A stretch of DNA of 30,004 nt from Caldisericia bacterium. GTDB taxonomy: Bacteria > Caldisericota > Caldisericia > B22-G15. The translations under genes and the position numbers were made by a program. Below, piece by piece: positions 16,334-26,971 of the stretch (position 1 is its first letter; every line of letters begins with the position of its first letter). Under the pieces are notes generated by a model. It saw only the letters and a program-made list of their open reading frames with translations, was not told the DNA's origin and made no database searches. Location of the stretch: assembly GCA_021158845.1 (NCBI GenBank), contig JAGGSY010000086.1, positions 1 through 30,004 of the forward strand, read 5' to 3'.

Positions 16334-17343
16334 GGATTTACCACATATGTGTATTCATCAAAGTAGAGGTCTCTCCCCCAATCCACCTCTCCTTTAATCT
16401 TTATTACCTTTTCTCCAACAAGTTCCACTCTGAAGAGATGGGAATTGTACCATAAAGTTTTTGGATTTCCTAATTTGAAGGGATTTTCCTTTATTATAGG
16501 TAGGTCACTTTCCAGTATGTCCCCCTCTCCAAGAGAGTACCATGAGAATTTTCTTACAACATCTGTTATGACGAGGTTCATTTCAAGAAGAGACTTTTCA
16601 ATGGCAAGCCACTTTTTCATATCTGATTCTATGGTTGTTAGTCCAAAGTAGCCAGAACTTCCCACTCCTTTTACTCCCTCAAGAAGTCTTGAGATAAACA
16701 ACTCTATCCCTTTTACCGTCTCAACAGGGTCTGTGAAGAATACATCAAATTTTCCCTTCAATTCCTCTGGTATCTCCCACCTTGCATCGTATCTTATAGC
16801 TTTAAGGTTGCTTAAGCCCTTCTCTTTGCTAATTCTATCTATGAAATTTACAAGCCTTTCATCAACTTCAAGTACCACTATTTCTTCTGGTAGTTTTGAT
16901 AGTGCAAATAGAATCCCCATAAGGTCGTCATCACCGAGTATGAGTATCTTTTTCTTATATATATCCCCCCTCTCTAACATGTAAAGCATTCTCGCAAGGG
17001 CAGTGTCAGAATCAACTACTCCCTGGTCGTATAGAGTTGTAGGTCTTGGTCTTTCCTTTGCAATGTTGTTATACTCATTAAGTAGGTTTCTCCAACGATC
17101 TTTTTCGTCAACTACTCCTCTTCCTTTACATTCACTGCATCTATAGGAAGTGGAAACAATTTCTGGTAAGGGATTTTTTACATAGAATTTCTCATTTCTC
17201 TCTTCTATTATTCCATCCTTTATTAATGTTCCTATGGCATCTATTACCTCTTTTGCAGAATAGTTTGAAAAGGATACTATACTCCAGAAATCTTTTCCTC
17301 CTCTTGAAAGAAATCTTATTATTTCTTCTTTCACTCTCTCCAT
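16330..17343 (-). CDS. bpsA: Branched-chain polyamine synthase (N4-bis(aminopropyl)spermidine synthase)
   Basis: CSECKGRG, YDQG, RGDI, ILGDDDL, VLEVDERL, FDVFFTDPVET..G...F.SR, GYFG, WYNS; 337 aa. Confidence 0.85.
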   Translation of the reverse strand: MERVKEEIIRFLSRGGKDFWSIVSFSNYSAKEVIDAIGTLIKDGIIEERNEKFYVKNPLPEIVSTSYRCSECKGRGVVDEKDRWRNLLNEYNNIAKERPRPTTLYDQGVVDSDTALARMLYMLERGDIYKKKILILGDDDLMGILFALSKLPEEIVVLEVDERLVNFIDRISKEKGLSNLKAIRYDARWEIPEELKGKFDVFFTDPVETVKGIELFISRLLEGVKGVGSSGYFGLTTIESDMKKWLAIEKSLLEMNLVITDVVRKFSWYSLGEGDILESDLPIIKENPFKLGNPKTLWYNSHLFRVELVGEKVIKIKGEVDWGRDLYFDEYTYVVNP

Positions 17344-17375
17344 TTATTCCTCCTTTTTATATCTTTACAGGAAAA

Positions 17376-17384
17376 ATTATAACA
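17376..17384 (-). promoter_or_regulatory. Extended -10 promoter (TGTTATAAT) for the bpsA operon
   Basis: Consensus TG-n-TATAAT about 33 nt upstream of the bpsA ATG; leader carries SD AAGGAGG. Confidence 0.6.
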
Positions 17385-17392
17385 TAAGGTTA

Positions 17393-18280
17393 TTATAGAA
17401 GTATATTGCTAAGCAATGTTAATGTTAAAGGGGAGAGTAATGTTGTTAAGGTAACCCCTTTGGTAAGTAGTTTCTTATCAAGCCCTATCTCTGCTCCAAA
17501 GATGGTTGATGCCATCATTGTTGGCATCATTCCCTGAAGAAGGGATGGTTTAAGTATAAAGGGTTCCAATCTTAGAACAGAGGATATGAGGAGTATTATA
17601 AAAGGGAAAATCAAAAGTTTAAATACACTCACAGGTAAAAGATACTTTATCTCCTTTGGTTTAATGTTGAGTTCAAGGTTTATGCCAAGGTAAAGCATTA
17701 CAAGAGGACTTATAGTATATTTTAGAAGGATGAGGGGCTCCATGATTAAACTCGGTATTGTAAAATTCCTCAAAATTAATCCTATTATAAAGGCAAAAAA
17801 TGGTGGTGATATAAAGAATTTTTTAATTCCCCCTCTATCTCCTCCTCCAATGTGGGCAAGTACGGGAAGGAGAAATATTAGAAAGAAGTAGAAGTTTATT
17901 TGATCAAAGAGTATTCCATAAGGCAAGGAAGTGTTTCCTAAAACATGTTCTATGAGAGGATAACCCAGAAAAGCAGTATTACCCATAACTCCAGAGAGTA
18001 TAATTGATGCTCTCATTTTTTTATCTTTTGTTAAAAGGAGTCCTGTAATAAATAAAAGGAAAAACTGAACTATCATAGCCAGAGGAACCATGATAAAAAG
18101 TAGAAAAAATTTCCCTTCAAATTTTGATGAGGTTAGAGAGACAAATATGAGAGCTGGCAAAGATATGTTGAATATGATTTTCTTGAGAAGCTCTCCATCC
18201 TTTTCAGTAAAAAACTTAATCCGCTTTAGAATAAATCCGAGCAGTATTATTATTAAAAAGGATACTATTTTATTTATCAT
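17393..18280 (-). CDS. AEC (auxin efflux carrier) family transporter
   Basis: Highly hydrophobic, FNISLPALIF, GNTAFLGYP, ISPLVMLYLG, MPTM. ATG 18280 preferred over TTG 18286. Confidence 0.9.
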   Translation of the reverse strand: MINKIVSFLIIILLGFILKRIKFFTEKDGELLKKIIFNISLPALIFVSLTSSKFEGKFFLLFIMVPLAMIVQFFLLFITGLLLTKDKKMRASIILSGVMGNTAFLGYPLIEHVLGNTSLPYGILFDQINFYFFLIFLLPVLAHIGGGDRGGIKKFFISPPFFAFIIGLILRNFTIPSLIMEPLILLKYTISPLVMLYLGINLELNIKPKEIKYLLPVSVFKLLIFPFIILLISSVLRLEPFILKPSLLQGMMPTMMASTIFGAEIGLDKKLLTKGVTLTTLLSPLTLTLLSNILL

Positions 18281-18785
18281 TATCAAACCGCTCTATCTGT
18301 TTTATAATAAAATCTGCAATCTCCTCTTCTGGGTATGGCCATGCATATATGATCTCTGCTTCTGGATGTAAAATCTTAGAAAATTCAAGTCTCTCTTTTA
18401 TTTCAATTTCACATACTCTATCACCTGGAATGATCATAACTGGAGCCACTATTATCCTTTTACATCCATTTTTCACCGCTCTGTCAATTGCTTCAGTTAT
18501 TGATGGAGAACAATAATCATAAAATCCAAAATAGATTGAAGTTCCTGCATTTCTCATAATATGAGAAATTACATCAAAAAATCCTTCCCAGTACTCATCG
18601 TTTCTGTTGTTTCTCTTCCATTTTCTTAACGATTCATTAAGTTCTTCGAATCTGTCTGACTCCTCTTTGGATAGAATTTCACCACCTATGATTTTCGCCT
18701 TTAGACTAAAATACTCTCCAAGTTCTTTTCTTGGGAAATCTGTAGGAATATCTCCCCTTCCTATGATCACATAACACTTCTTCAT
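18270..18785 (-). CDS. CbiX/SirB chelatase-fold protein (metal-binding His apparently lost)
   Basis: FGFYDYCSPSITEAIDRAVKNGCKRIIVAPVM pattern of CbiX; N-terminal IIGRG where xxHG is expected. Confidence 0.65.
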   Translation of the reverse strand: MKKCYVIIGRGDIPTDFPRKELGEYFSLKAKIIGGEILSKEESDRFEELNESLRKWKRNNRNDEYWEGFFDVISHIMRNAGTSIYFGFYDYCSPSITEAIDRAVKNGCKRIIVAPVMIIPGDRVCEIEIKERLEFSKILHPEAEIIYAWPYPEEEIADFIIKQIERFDNDK

Positions 18786-19180
18786 CCCCCCACCACCTTG
18801 ACAAAGACCTTCCTTGTTCTCGGCCCATCAAATTCAAGAAAGAATATGCCCTGCCATGTTCCGAGAAGGATCTCTCCATCTTCAATGATTATCTCCCTTG
18901 AAGAACCAATTATAGATGACTTTATGTGTGAATCGGCGTTACCTTCAAGGTGGGTATAATCTCCGTGGTGTGGAATAAGTTTTGAGAGTGTTGAAAGAAC
19001 ATCCCTCATAACAGAGGGATCTGCATTCTCATTTATTGTAATTGCGGCAGTGGTGTGTGGAACAAAAACAACACAGATTCCATCTCTCACCCCTGACCCT
19101 CTAACAACACTCCTTACCTCTTCTGTAATATCCATAGCTTCAATCCTTCTTGTCGTTCTTACCGATATAGTTTTTAACAT
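18782..19180 (-). CDS. yjbQ: YjbQ/UPF0047 family protein
   Basis: FVPHTTAAITINENADP, HLEGNADSHIKS, LGTWQGIFFLEFDGPR. Confidence 0.93.
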   Translation of the reverse strand: MLKTISVRTTRRIEAMDITEEVRSVVRGSGVRDGICVVFVPHTTAAITINENADPSVMRDVLSTLSKLIPHHGDYTHLEGNADSHIKSSIIGSSREIIIEDGEILLGTWQGIFFLEFDGPRTRKVFVKVVGG

Positions 19181-20435
19181 TTTCCTCTTCCTCCTTTAAT
19201 ATCTCTATGGCAGCCCTACCAACATCCTCTCTCCAATACCTCCCCAAAAATTTTTTAATCTCCTCAATTATTTCTCTCCTTGTTTTTCTTTCGGCATAAG
19301 GTCTTCCAGCTATCATAGACTCTATAGTGTCAGAAATTGCAATTATTTGAGATTCAACAGGAATCTCCTCCCCTGTTAATCCAAGGGGATAACCTGAACC
19401 ATCAAGCCTTTCATGATGAAATCTTGCCCATAGCGCTATATTTTTGAAGGAATTCACCTGGGATATAATCTTGTAACTCCAGTCTGGATGTTTCTTTATC
19501 TCTTCATACTCATAGGGGGTAAGGGACCCTGCCTTTCTAAGTATTGTCTCGCTTATGGCTATCTTTCCTATATCGTGAAGAAGTGAAGCTATCTTTATTT
19601 TTTTTATTTTTTCATCGGTAAAATTCATCTTCTCTGCTATTTTTTTGGCATAGTATGCAACTCCAATACTATGACCTTTGGTAAATGGATCCTTTGCCTC
19701 AAGTGCTGATACAAATACATTCAGGAACTCATCTGTGAATCTTTCAATATCTCTTCTCTTTGCATACTCTGTGAGGAATGTATGGAGTATATGAACAATC
19801 ATCTCAATCATTGGATAAAATTCTTCTACCTTTTCCTTACTTACAGGTTCCTTAAATTTTATGTATATCTGTGTTTTAGCCCCTATATCCTTTGTTTCCC
19901 ATATCACCCTTGCTATATCAAACTTAACACTAAGTTCAAGATTATCTAATATGGATTTTAGATTTTCACAGTGAAAATCTCTTCCAAAAGAGCCCTCATA
20001 CTTCTCGTTGTTGTATGTAAAACAGATTTTACAACCTTCAAAATTTGCCATTAGAGAAAGTTCTTTGGAAAGCATGGGGAGTAGCTTGTTAATGGAGATG
20101 TTGAGGGTAAATACATCTAAAAGTTCAGGCAATTGTCTCAGTATCGCCATTGTCTTTTTAAGGTTTGTATTTTCACTTTCAACCGTGCATATCATGTTAA
20201 CAATATTCAAGAATTTGTTAACAGTCAATTTATCTATTGGAGAAAATTCATTTTCTCTATTTAGTATAATTTCAGCTTCTCCATCTCTTCTGAGTACTTT
20301 TTTAGCCTCTTCTTTTAAAGATCCAAGCTCAATAAATTTCCCGCATTTATTCAAACTTATGTAGTTCAACCTTAAAAGTTTCTTAATTACATAGAGAAGG
20401 TCTGTTAGTTCAAAGTCCAGAAGATTATCATCCAT
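19140..20435 (-). CDS. HD-GYP domain cyclic-dinucleotide phosphodiesterase with an unassigned N-terminal region
   Basis: EAKDPFTKGHS, LLHDIGK, HP, HHERLDGSGYPLGL, IAISD, RPY. Confidence 0.9.
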   Translation of the reverse strand: MDDNLLDFELTDLLYVIKKLLRLNYISLNKCGKFIELGSLKEEAKKVLRRDGEAEIILNRENEFSPIDKLTVNKFLNIVNMICTVESENTNLKKTMAILRQLPELLDVFTLNISINKLLPMLSKELSLMANFEGCKICFTYNNEKYEGSFGRDFHCENLKSILDNLELSVKFDIARVIWETKDIGAKTQIYIKFKEPVSKEKVEEFYPMIEMIVHILHTFLTEYAKRRDIERFTDEFLNVFVSALEAKDPFTKGHSIGVAYYAKKIAEKMNFTDEKIKKIKIASLLHDIGKIAISETILRKAGSLTPYEYEEIKKHPDWSYKIISQVNSFKNIALWARFHHERLDGSGYPLGLTGEEIPVESQIIAISDTIESMIAGRPYAERKTRREIIEEIKKFLGRYWREDVGRAAIEILKEEEENVKNYIGKNDKKD

Positions 20436-21447
20436 TCTCGATCATCTCCTTGTATGGAGTGACGATTATTTTAAAATGCTCCTTTTTGTTCGTCTCAAGC
20501 TCTATAAAACCCTCTTCCTCAATATCATCAAGAAGAATCTTTTTTGTTATAATCCTGCTTAAATCAATCTCTCCATTCGAAATTATAGACACAGCTTTCT
20601 CAAAATCTGGTGGAGTGTAGAGGTACGATGTAGATATTGAGAGTTCTCTGGTTAAAGCATCAAGGATGTTTAATGTTATTGGAATATAATGAATTCCAAA
20701 AATTACAACTTTTCCACCTGGATCAACATACTTTATGGAAGCTTTTATCGGATCTGAAGATTGGATTGCTTCAATACTTGCCCCAGCAACCTCAAAAACT
20801 GTGTCAAACTTCTCACTTTCACTCTCAAGGATTCTAAATCCCATCTCTTTAGCCATCTCTCTCCTTTCTTCAATAACCTCAAGAACAGTTACATCTCCTC
20901 CCATATTTCTTAAAAACTGCGCCATAATGTATCCAACTGTTCCAAAACCAATTACAAGAAACTTCTCTCCAACCCCCATTAAAGAAGCATGGATAATAGC
21001 TGCCATAGGTTCTGCAAAGACAAGGAGTTCTGGATTTATATCTTTTGGAGCTTTGTAAACATTTCTTCTATTTAAAACAATCTCTTCTCTAAATCCACCA
21101 TCATGGGTGATACCTAAATACCCCCCATTTAAACAAAGATTCTCTCTTCCATTGATACAGTACTTACATTTTCCACAATAGATAAGAGGAGAGACGAAGA
21201 CAAGATCACCAACCTCAAGATCGTTGATATTCTCTCCAACCTCAACTATCTCTCCACCAAACTCATGTCCTGGAATTATAGGTCTATTCTTTGGATAGAG
21301 GATGGGACCCCTTACAAATTCTATAAGATCAGTGGTGCATATTCCACACCAGAGGATCTTTACCCTTACCTCATCCTTTCCTACATCCTTCCTTTCATCT
21401 TCCTCTACTCTTATGTCTCTTCTTCTATAGTATCTTAAAACCTTCAT
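20428..21447 (-). CDS. Zinc-dependent medium-chain dehydrogenase (2,3-butanediol/sorbitol dehydrogenase-like)
   Basis: CGICTTD, GHEFGG, CGKCKYC..G..NLC, EP, GFGTVG. Confidence 0.92.
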   Translation of the reverse strand: MKVLRYYRRRDIRVEEDERKDVGKDEVRVKILWCGICTTDLIEFVRGPILYPKNRPIIPGHEFGGEIVEVGENINDLEVGDLVFVSPLIYCGKCKYCINGRENLCLNGGYLGITHDGGFREEIVLNRRNVYKAPKDINPELLVFAEPMAAIIHASLMGVGEKFLVIGFGTVGYIMAQFLRNMGGDVTVLEVIEERREMAKEMGFRILESESEKFDTVFEVAGASIEAIQSSDPIKASIKYVDPGGKVVIFGIHYIPITLNILDALTRELSISTSYLYTPPDFEKAVSIISNGEIDLSRIITKKILLDDIEEEGFIELETNKKEHFKIIVTPYKEMIENG

Positions 21448-22049
21448 ATCCTTCTCTCTTTAATCCATTTTACAATACTTCTTCCGTGCCTCAAGACTTG
21501 GATGAGAATCAGAAATGCAAGAAATACAAATGTGTATAGATTCTCTCGAAAGACAATAATAAGAATAAAACCCACAAAGTACGATACTGCACCTGCTCCT
21601 ACAAGAGGTGTTAAACCTGGAACGACCCCTTTTTTTCTTATCTTGCCATATAAAAAGAGAGCAAGGAACACAAAAGCCACAATCAATGTTTCAACTGGAA
21701 TAATAGAAAAAGCAGCTCCGAGACTTGTGGATAAACCTCCGCCTCCCCTAAACTTAAGAAATATGGACCAGTTATGTCCCACAACTGGAAGAATGGCACA
21801 GAGAATTACAATAATTGGATGAAGATTTAACTTCATGGCAAGGAATGGAGGAATAAATCCCTTTGAAAAATCCAGGATAAATGTTGTTATTCCCCAGAAT
21901 GGAGAAACCTCACGGAACACATTTGCAGCTCCTGGATTCCTACTTCCAACCTCTCTTATATCTATACCCTTTACAAGCTTTCCAATTATATAGGCAAAGG
22001 GGATAGAGCCTATAAAGTAAGATGAGACAATTAAAACAATGTATTTCAT
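21444..22049 (-). CDS. plsY: Glycerol-3-phosphate acyltransferase PlsY
   Basis: YFIGSIPF, DIREVGSRNPGAANVFR, DFSKG, GHNWSIFLKFRGGGG. Start moved to ATG 22049 (MKYIVL). Confidence 0.9.
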   Translation of the reverse strand: MKYIVLIVSSYFIGSIPFAYIIGKLVKGIDIREVGSRNPGAANVFREVSPFWGITTFILDFSKGFIPPFLAMKLNLHPIIVILCAILPVVGHNWSIFLKFRGGGGLSTSLGAAFSIIPVETLIVAFVFLALFLYGKIRKKGVVPGLTPLVGAGAVSYFVGFILIIVFRENLYTFVFLAFLILIQVLRHGRSIVKWIKERRI

Positions 22050-22056
22050 GGATATA

Positions 22057-22085
22057 ATTATAGTATCCCCTTGACAAACATGCAA
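22057..22085 (-). promoter_or_regulatory. SigA promoter for plsY operon (leaderless)
   Basis: TTGCAT (22085-22080), 17-nt spacer, TATAAT (22062-22057); ATG 7 nt downstream with no SD. Confidence 0.7.
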
Positions 22086-22098
22086 TGGTTTGTATAAT
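22071..22098 (+). promoter_or_regulatory. SigA promoter for groESL
   Basis: TTGACA (22071-76), 16-nt spacer, TATAAT (22093-98). Confidence 0.85.
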
Positions 22099-22109
22099 TT
22101 AATTTGAAA

Positions 22110-22136
22110 TTAGCACTCACAATCTTTAAGTGCTAA
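22110..22136 (+). promoter_or_regulatory. CIRCE element (HrcA operator)
   Basis: TTAGCACTC-N9-AAGTGCTAA, one mismatch to TTAGCACTC-N9-GAGTGCTAA, between the promoter and the groES SD. Confidence 0.95.
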
Positions 22137-22152
22137 AAAAGGAGGTGAAGGT

Positions 22153-22440
22153 ATGAAGCTTAAACCAATTGGTGACAAGATTGTTGTTGAACCCGAGAAG
22201 GAAGAGGAAGTTACAAAATCTGGCATTGTTTTACCTGATACTGCCAAGGAAAAACCTCAGAAGGGAAAAGTCATAGCTGTTGGACCAGGCAAGGTTCTTG
22301 ATAATGGTGAGAGAAGCCCAATGGAGGTCAAAGAGGGGGACACGGTAATTTATTCAAAATATGCTGGAACTGAGGTAAAGATTGATGATAAAGAGTATCT
22401 AATTCTCTCTCAGAGGGATATTTTAGCCATTGTTGAATAA
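22153..22440 (+). CDS. groES: Co-chaperonin GroES
   Basis: [12 protein letters not shown]...[26 protein letters not shown]...KYAGTEVK. Confidence 0.99.
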   Translation: MKLKPIGDKIVVEPEKEEEVTKSGIVLPDTAKEKPQKGKVIAVGPGKVLDNGERSPMEVKEGDTVIYSKYAGTEVKIDDKEYLILSQRDILAIVE

Positions 22441-22444
22441 ATAA

Positions 22445-24073
<1,629 letters not shown>

Positions 24074-24094
24074 TAGATAATTAGGTGAAATTTT

Positions 24095-24127
24095 AAGCCC
24101 CTGAACATTCAGGGGCTTTTTTCTTTT
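24095..24127 (+). terminator. Rho-independent terminator after groEL
   Basis: AAGCCCCTGAA...TTCAGGGGCTT hairpin followed by a T-run. Confidence 0.9.
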
Positions 24128-24164
24128 ACAAAGTAGTTATATAATTTCACTGAAAGGAGGTAAT

Positions 24165-24533
24165 ATGTATCTACTTGTTGTGGTATTAAACCATGAGACT
24201 CATGTTAGAGAGATTCTGGAAAGATTTATAGAGGTAGATGTGAGAGGAGCCACTGTAATTGAGACTCAAGGTATGGGAAGACTATTAAGTGAGGAAGTTC
24301 CAATTTTTACAACTTTCAGAAAGATCATTTCAGGAGCACAGCAGAGAGTAAATAACTTTACAATCTTTTCAGTTATAAGGACAGAAAAAACTTTAAGGGA
24401 TGCCATTGATGTAGTTTTTGATGTTGTTGGAAATATTGATAAACCAGGGGTAGGTATAATGTTTGTTTTGCCGGTACTTCATATGTATGGTCTTGCCAAC
24501 CCCATAACAAAGAATCAGATGGGAGAAAAATAG
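24165..24533 (+). CDS. PII-superfamily small regulatory protein
   Basis: VRGATVIETQGMG (compare PII GxTxxxxxGxG) and PGVGIMFVLPV (compare GDGKIFV); 122 aa; SD AAGGAGG. Confidence 0.65.
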   Translation: MYLLVVVLNHETHVREILERFIEVDVRGATVIETQGMGRLLSEEVPIFTTFRKIISGAQQRVNNFTIFSVIRTEKTLRDAIDVVFDVVGNIDKPGVGIMFVLPVLHMYGLANPITKNQMGEK

Positions 24534-24534
24534 T

Positions 24535-25749
24535 ATGGATGTAGTACTTAACTCGGGTATTATAATTCTTGCAGGAGTTCTTGCTGCATGGCTTCTTAGT
24601 AAATTAAAACTTCCAAAGGTTTTAAGCTATATAGTTGTTGGTGCGTTTCTTGGTAGAAGTGTGGCAAACATCGTTTCCCCTTCCATAGTGAGATGGGAGG
24701 AGATAATTAGTGTTGTTGCTTTAGGATTTATAGCGTTTCTGATTGGTGATACATTCAGGTGGAAAAACATAGTTGAGATAGGAACAAGAGGTATAATTGT
24801 ATCTCTACTTGAATCAACACTTACAGCGGTAATAGTCGGAGGAGGCTTTCTAATCCTTACAACCACTGGGATTTTATATGTAAAGCATCCAGTCCCAATT
24901 TCTCTTCTTCTTGGCGCATGTGCTGCAGCGACAGCTCCTGCAGCCACATTTATGGTGGTAAGAGAGTATAGGGCAAAAGGAACTTTAACAAACTATCTTC
25001 TCATGGCAGTTACCTTTGATGATGCTGTTGGAATTATCCTCTTTGATATATCAGTTGTTATTGTGAGAGTTCTTCTAAAGGGTGGAGGATTAAGTATCGG
25101 AGAGGCAGTTTTTGCTCCTATTAAAGAGATAACACTTTCCCTTGTCATAGGTGCAGCAATGGGATTTCTACTCACATTTTTAGAAAGGTTTACGAAAACT
25201 AAAGAGAATTCCCTTATCCTTGCAATTTCCTTTGTCCTTATAACTGGTGGACTTTCAAGACAGTTCCATCTTTCCCCCCTTCTATCAAATATGGCTCTTG
25301 GCGCTATCTTCGCAAACTTTAGTATCAACGCAGGGAATATTTTTAGTGAGGTAGAAAACTGGATTTCCCCCATCCTTCTCTTCTTCTTTGTTCTTTCAGG
25401 TTCAGATCTTGATGTAAGCCTTCTTCCAAAGCTTGGGCTTATGGGAATTGGATATGTTGTCTTGAGGAGTTTAGGTAAAATATTTGGCTCAAGGATAGGA
25501 GCATTCTTTGCAGGTGCACCAAAGAAGGTTCAGAAGTATCTTGGTTTTGCAATGCTTCCTCAGGCAGGAGTTGCCATTGGTTTTGCCGTATTTATAAAGA
25601 ATCTCTTTCCAGAACTTTCATATATAACAACAATAGTCCTTTCAACTGTTGTTCTCTTTGAAATAATAGGACCACTTGGTGCGAAGTATGCCATATTTGG
25701 TGCAGGAGAAGTTAAGACACATCAGCAGGTTGCAAAGGAGCATGCATAG
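24535..25749 (+). CDS. Cation:proton antiporter (Na/H exchanger family) without a soluble regulatory domain
   Basis: About 12 TM helices, AATAPAAT, FDDAVG, RSLGK, LPQAGVAIG. Confidence 0.9.
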   Translation: MDVVLNSGIIILAGVLAAWLLSKLKLPKVLSYIVVGAFLGRSVANIVSPSIVRWEEIISVVALGFIAFLIGDTFRWKNIVEIGTRGIIVSLLESTLTAVIVGGGFLILTTTGILYVKHPVPISLLLGACAAATAPAATFMVVREYRAKGTLTNYLLMAVTFDDAVGIILFDISVVIVRVLLKGGGLSIGEAVFAPIKEITLSLVIGAAMGFLLTFLERFTKTKENSLILAISFVLITGGLSRQFHLSPLLSNMALGAIFANFSINAGNIFSEVENWISPILLFFFVLSGSDLDVSLLPKLGLMGIGYVVLRSLGKIFGSRIGAFFAGAPKKVQKYLGFAMLPQAGVAIGFAVFIKNLFPELSYITTIVLSTVVLFEIIGPLGAKYAIFGAGEVKTHQQVAKEHA

Positions 25750-26309
25750 TGGATATACTGTTTCTCTTCGTTAATCCGAAAAAGTTCTTTGAGGAGAGAA
25801 AAGAAAAAAATTACCTTTGGTTTATAGTTCCTATTTACATAGTTCTTTTTATTTTACTCTACTTTTCTGCAAGAAATCTCTTTGGTTCCTCTCGGGAAGT
25901 AAACATTGGTATTCTCATACAGATAATATTTAACCTTGTATTTTTCTTATTCCTCTCTCTTTTTATTAAGGTCTTTATAAAAATCTTTGGCGTTGAAAGA
26001 AAACTATTTAAATCCATAGAGGATGGATTATTAATCTCTCTTCCATCATTTACTCTCTTTGTTATCCTGTTTTATTTTCTTCAGCATAAGTTTCTCTCCC
26101 TCTCCTATCCTTTAATCTACTTCTTCACATTTCAGAAGTATGCAACTACCCTATCAAAGATACTTTTCTTCTTTTATTTCCCTCCAAGAGCCCTTCTCTT
26201 TGTATATACATTAATTGGAATTAGGTATATGTACAATCTAAACTGGAAAAAATCCCTTCTTCTTAGTATTATCATATATTCTATATTCTTTTTAACCTAT
26301 ATTCTGTGA
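25749..26309 (+). CDS. Yip1-like membrane protein
   Basis: N-terminal LFVNPKKFFEE followed by about 5 hydrophobic segments; GTG start coupled to neighbours. Confidence 0.55.
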   Translation: MDILFLFVNPKKFFEERKEKNYLWFIVPIYIVLFILLYFSARNLFGSSREVNIGILIQIIFNLVFFLFLSLFIKVFIKIFGVERKLFKSIEDGLLISLPSFTLFVILFYFLQHKFLSLSYPLIYFFTFQKYATTLSKILFFFYFPPRALLFVYTLIGIRYMYNLNWKKSLLLSIIIYSIFFLTYIL

Positions 26310-26317
26310 GGCTAAGG

Positions 26318-26962
26318 ATGAACTACAAAAAGGAAAGAGAAGAATTTATGAGAGTTGTGAATAAAATTTTAGAATACAGATTGACAGTTGGGACATGGGG
26401 AAATTTGAGTATGAAAGTGGAGGATGATAAATTTCTGATAACACCCTCTGCAATGGAATATGAGGATATGAAAGGAGAAGATCTTGTTGTTATGGATCTT
26501 GAAGGAAACATAATTTCTGGTAAGAAACCCTCCACTGAGAAATTTTTACATATGGAGATATATAAAAGTAGAAAGGATGTGCGTGGTATTCTTCATATTC
26601 ATGCCGTGTATTCAGGTGTATTCTCTGTAGTTGGAATCCCAATTCCTCCTTTAACAGAGGACATGGCACAAGGAATAGGTGGAGAAGTGGAGGTTACAGA
26701 TTATGTTCCACCTGGAACTAAGGAACTTGCCCTTGAGGTTGTAAGTCGCCTTAAAGACAAACAAGCTGTTATAATAAGAAATCATGGACTTGTAACCGTT
26801 GGAGATACGCTAAAAGAAGCTTTTAAGGTTGCAACACTTGTTGAGAGGGGAGCAGAAATTTTTATTCTCTCTCACTTAATTGGAGAACCAAAGATTTTAT
26901 CCCATGAAGAAGTTAAAAAATTAAGAGAATTCTATAAGAATAGATATATTAAAAGAAGATGA
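26318..26962 (+). CDS. Class II aldolase/adducin family protein (L-fuculose-1-P aldolase-like)
   Basis: GTWGNLS, ITPS, PSTE..LH, HIH, NHG. Start is ATG 26318 or GTG 26306. Confidence 0.92.
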   Translation: MNYKKEREEFMRVVNKILEYRLTVGTWGNLSMKVEDDKFLITPSAMEYEDMKGEDLVVMDLEGNIISGKKPSTEKFLHMEIYKSRKDVRGILHIHAVYSGVFSVVGIPIPPLTEDMAQGIGGEVEVTDYVPPGTKELALEVVSRLKDKQAVIIRNHGLVTVGDTLKEAFKVATLVERGAEIFILSHLIGEPKILSHEEVKKLREFYKNRYIKRR

Positions 26963-26967
26963 GGATT
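26946..26967 (+). repeat. 22-bp direct repeat, left copy (ATATTAAAAGAAGATGAGGATT)
   Basis: Identical to 28779-28800; contains the aldolase stop TGA. Confidence 0.95.
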
Positions 26968-26971
26968 TATA

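Noticed and set aside
17407-17419. Palindrome ATTGCT-A-AGCAAT near the bpsA promoter
   Set aside because: Only a 6-bp arm, inside the AEC coding end, with no second copy noticed; compatible with chance.
22050-22085. Longer start for plsY (MHVCQGDTIIIS)
   Set aside because: It coincides with the -35/-10 boxes of two promoters, and PlsY homology starts at MKYIVL.
24117-24145. Promoter for the PII-antiporter operon
   Set aside because: A perfect TATAAT is present at 24140-24145, but there is no credible -35 at 16-18 nt spacing and no extended -10, so it was not listed as a feature.
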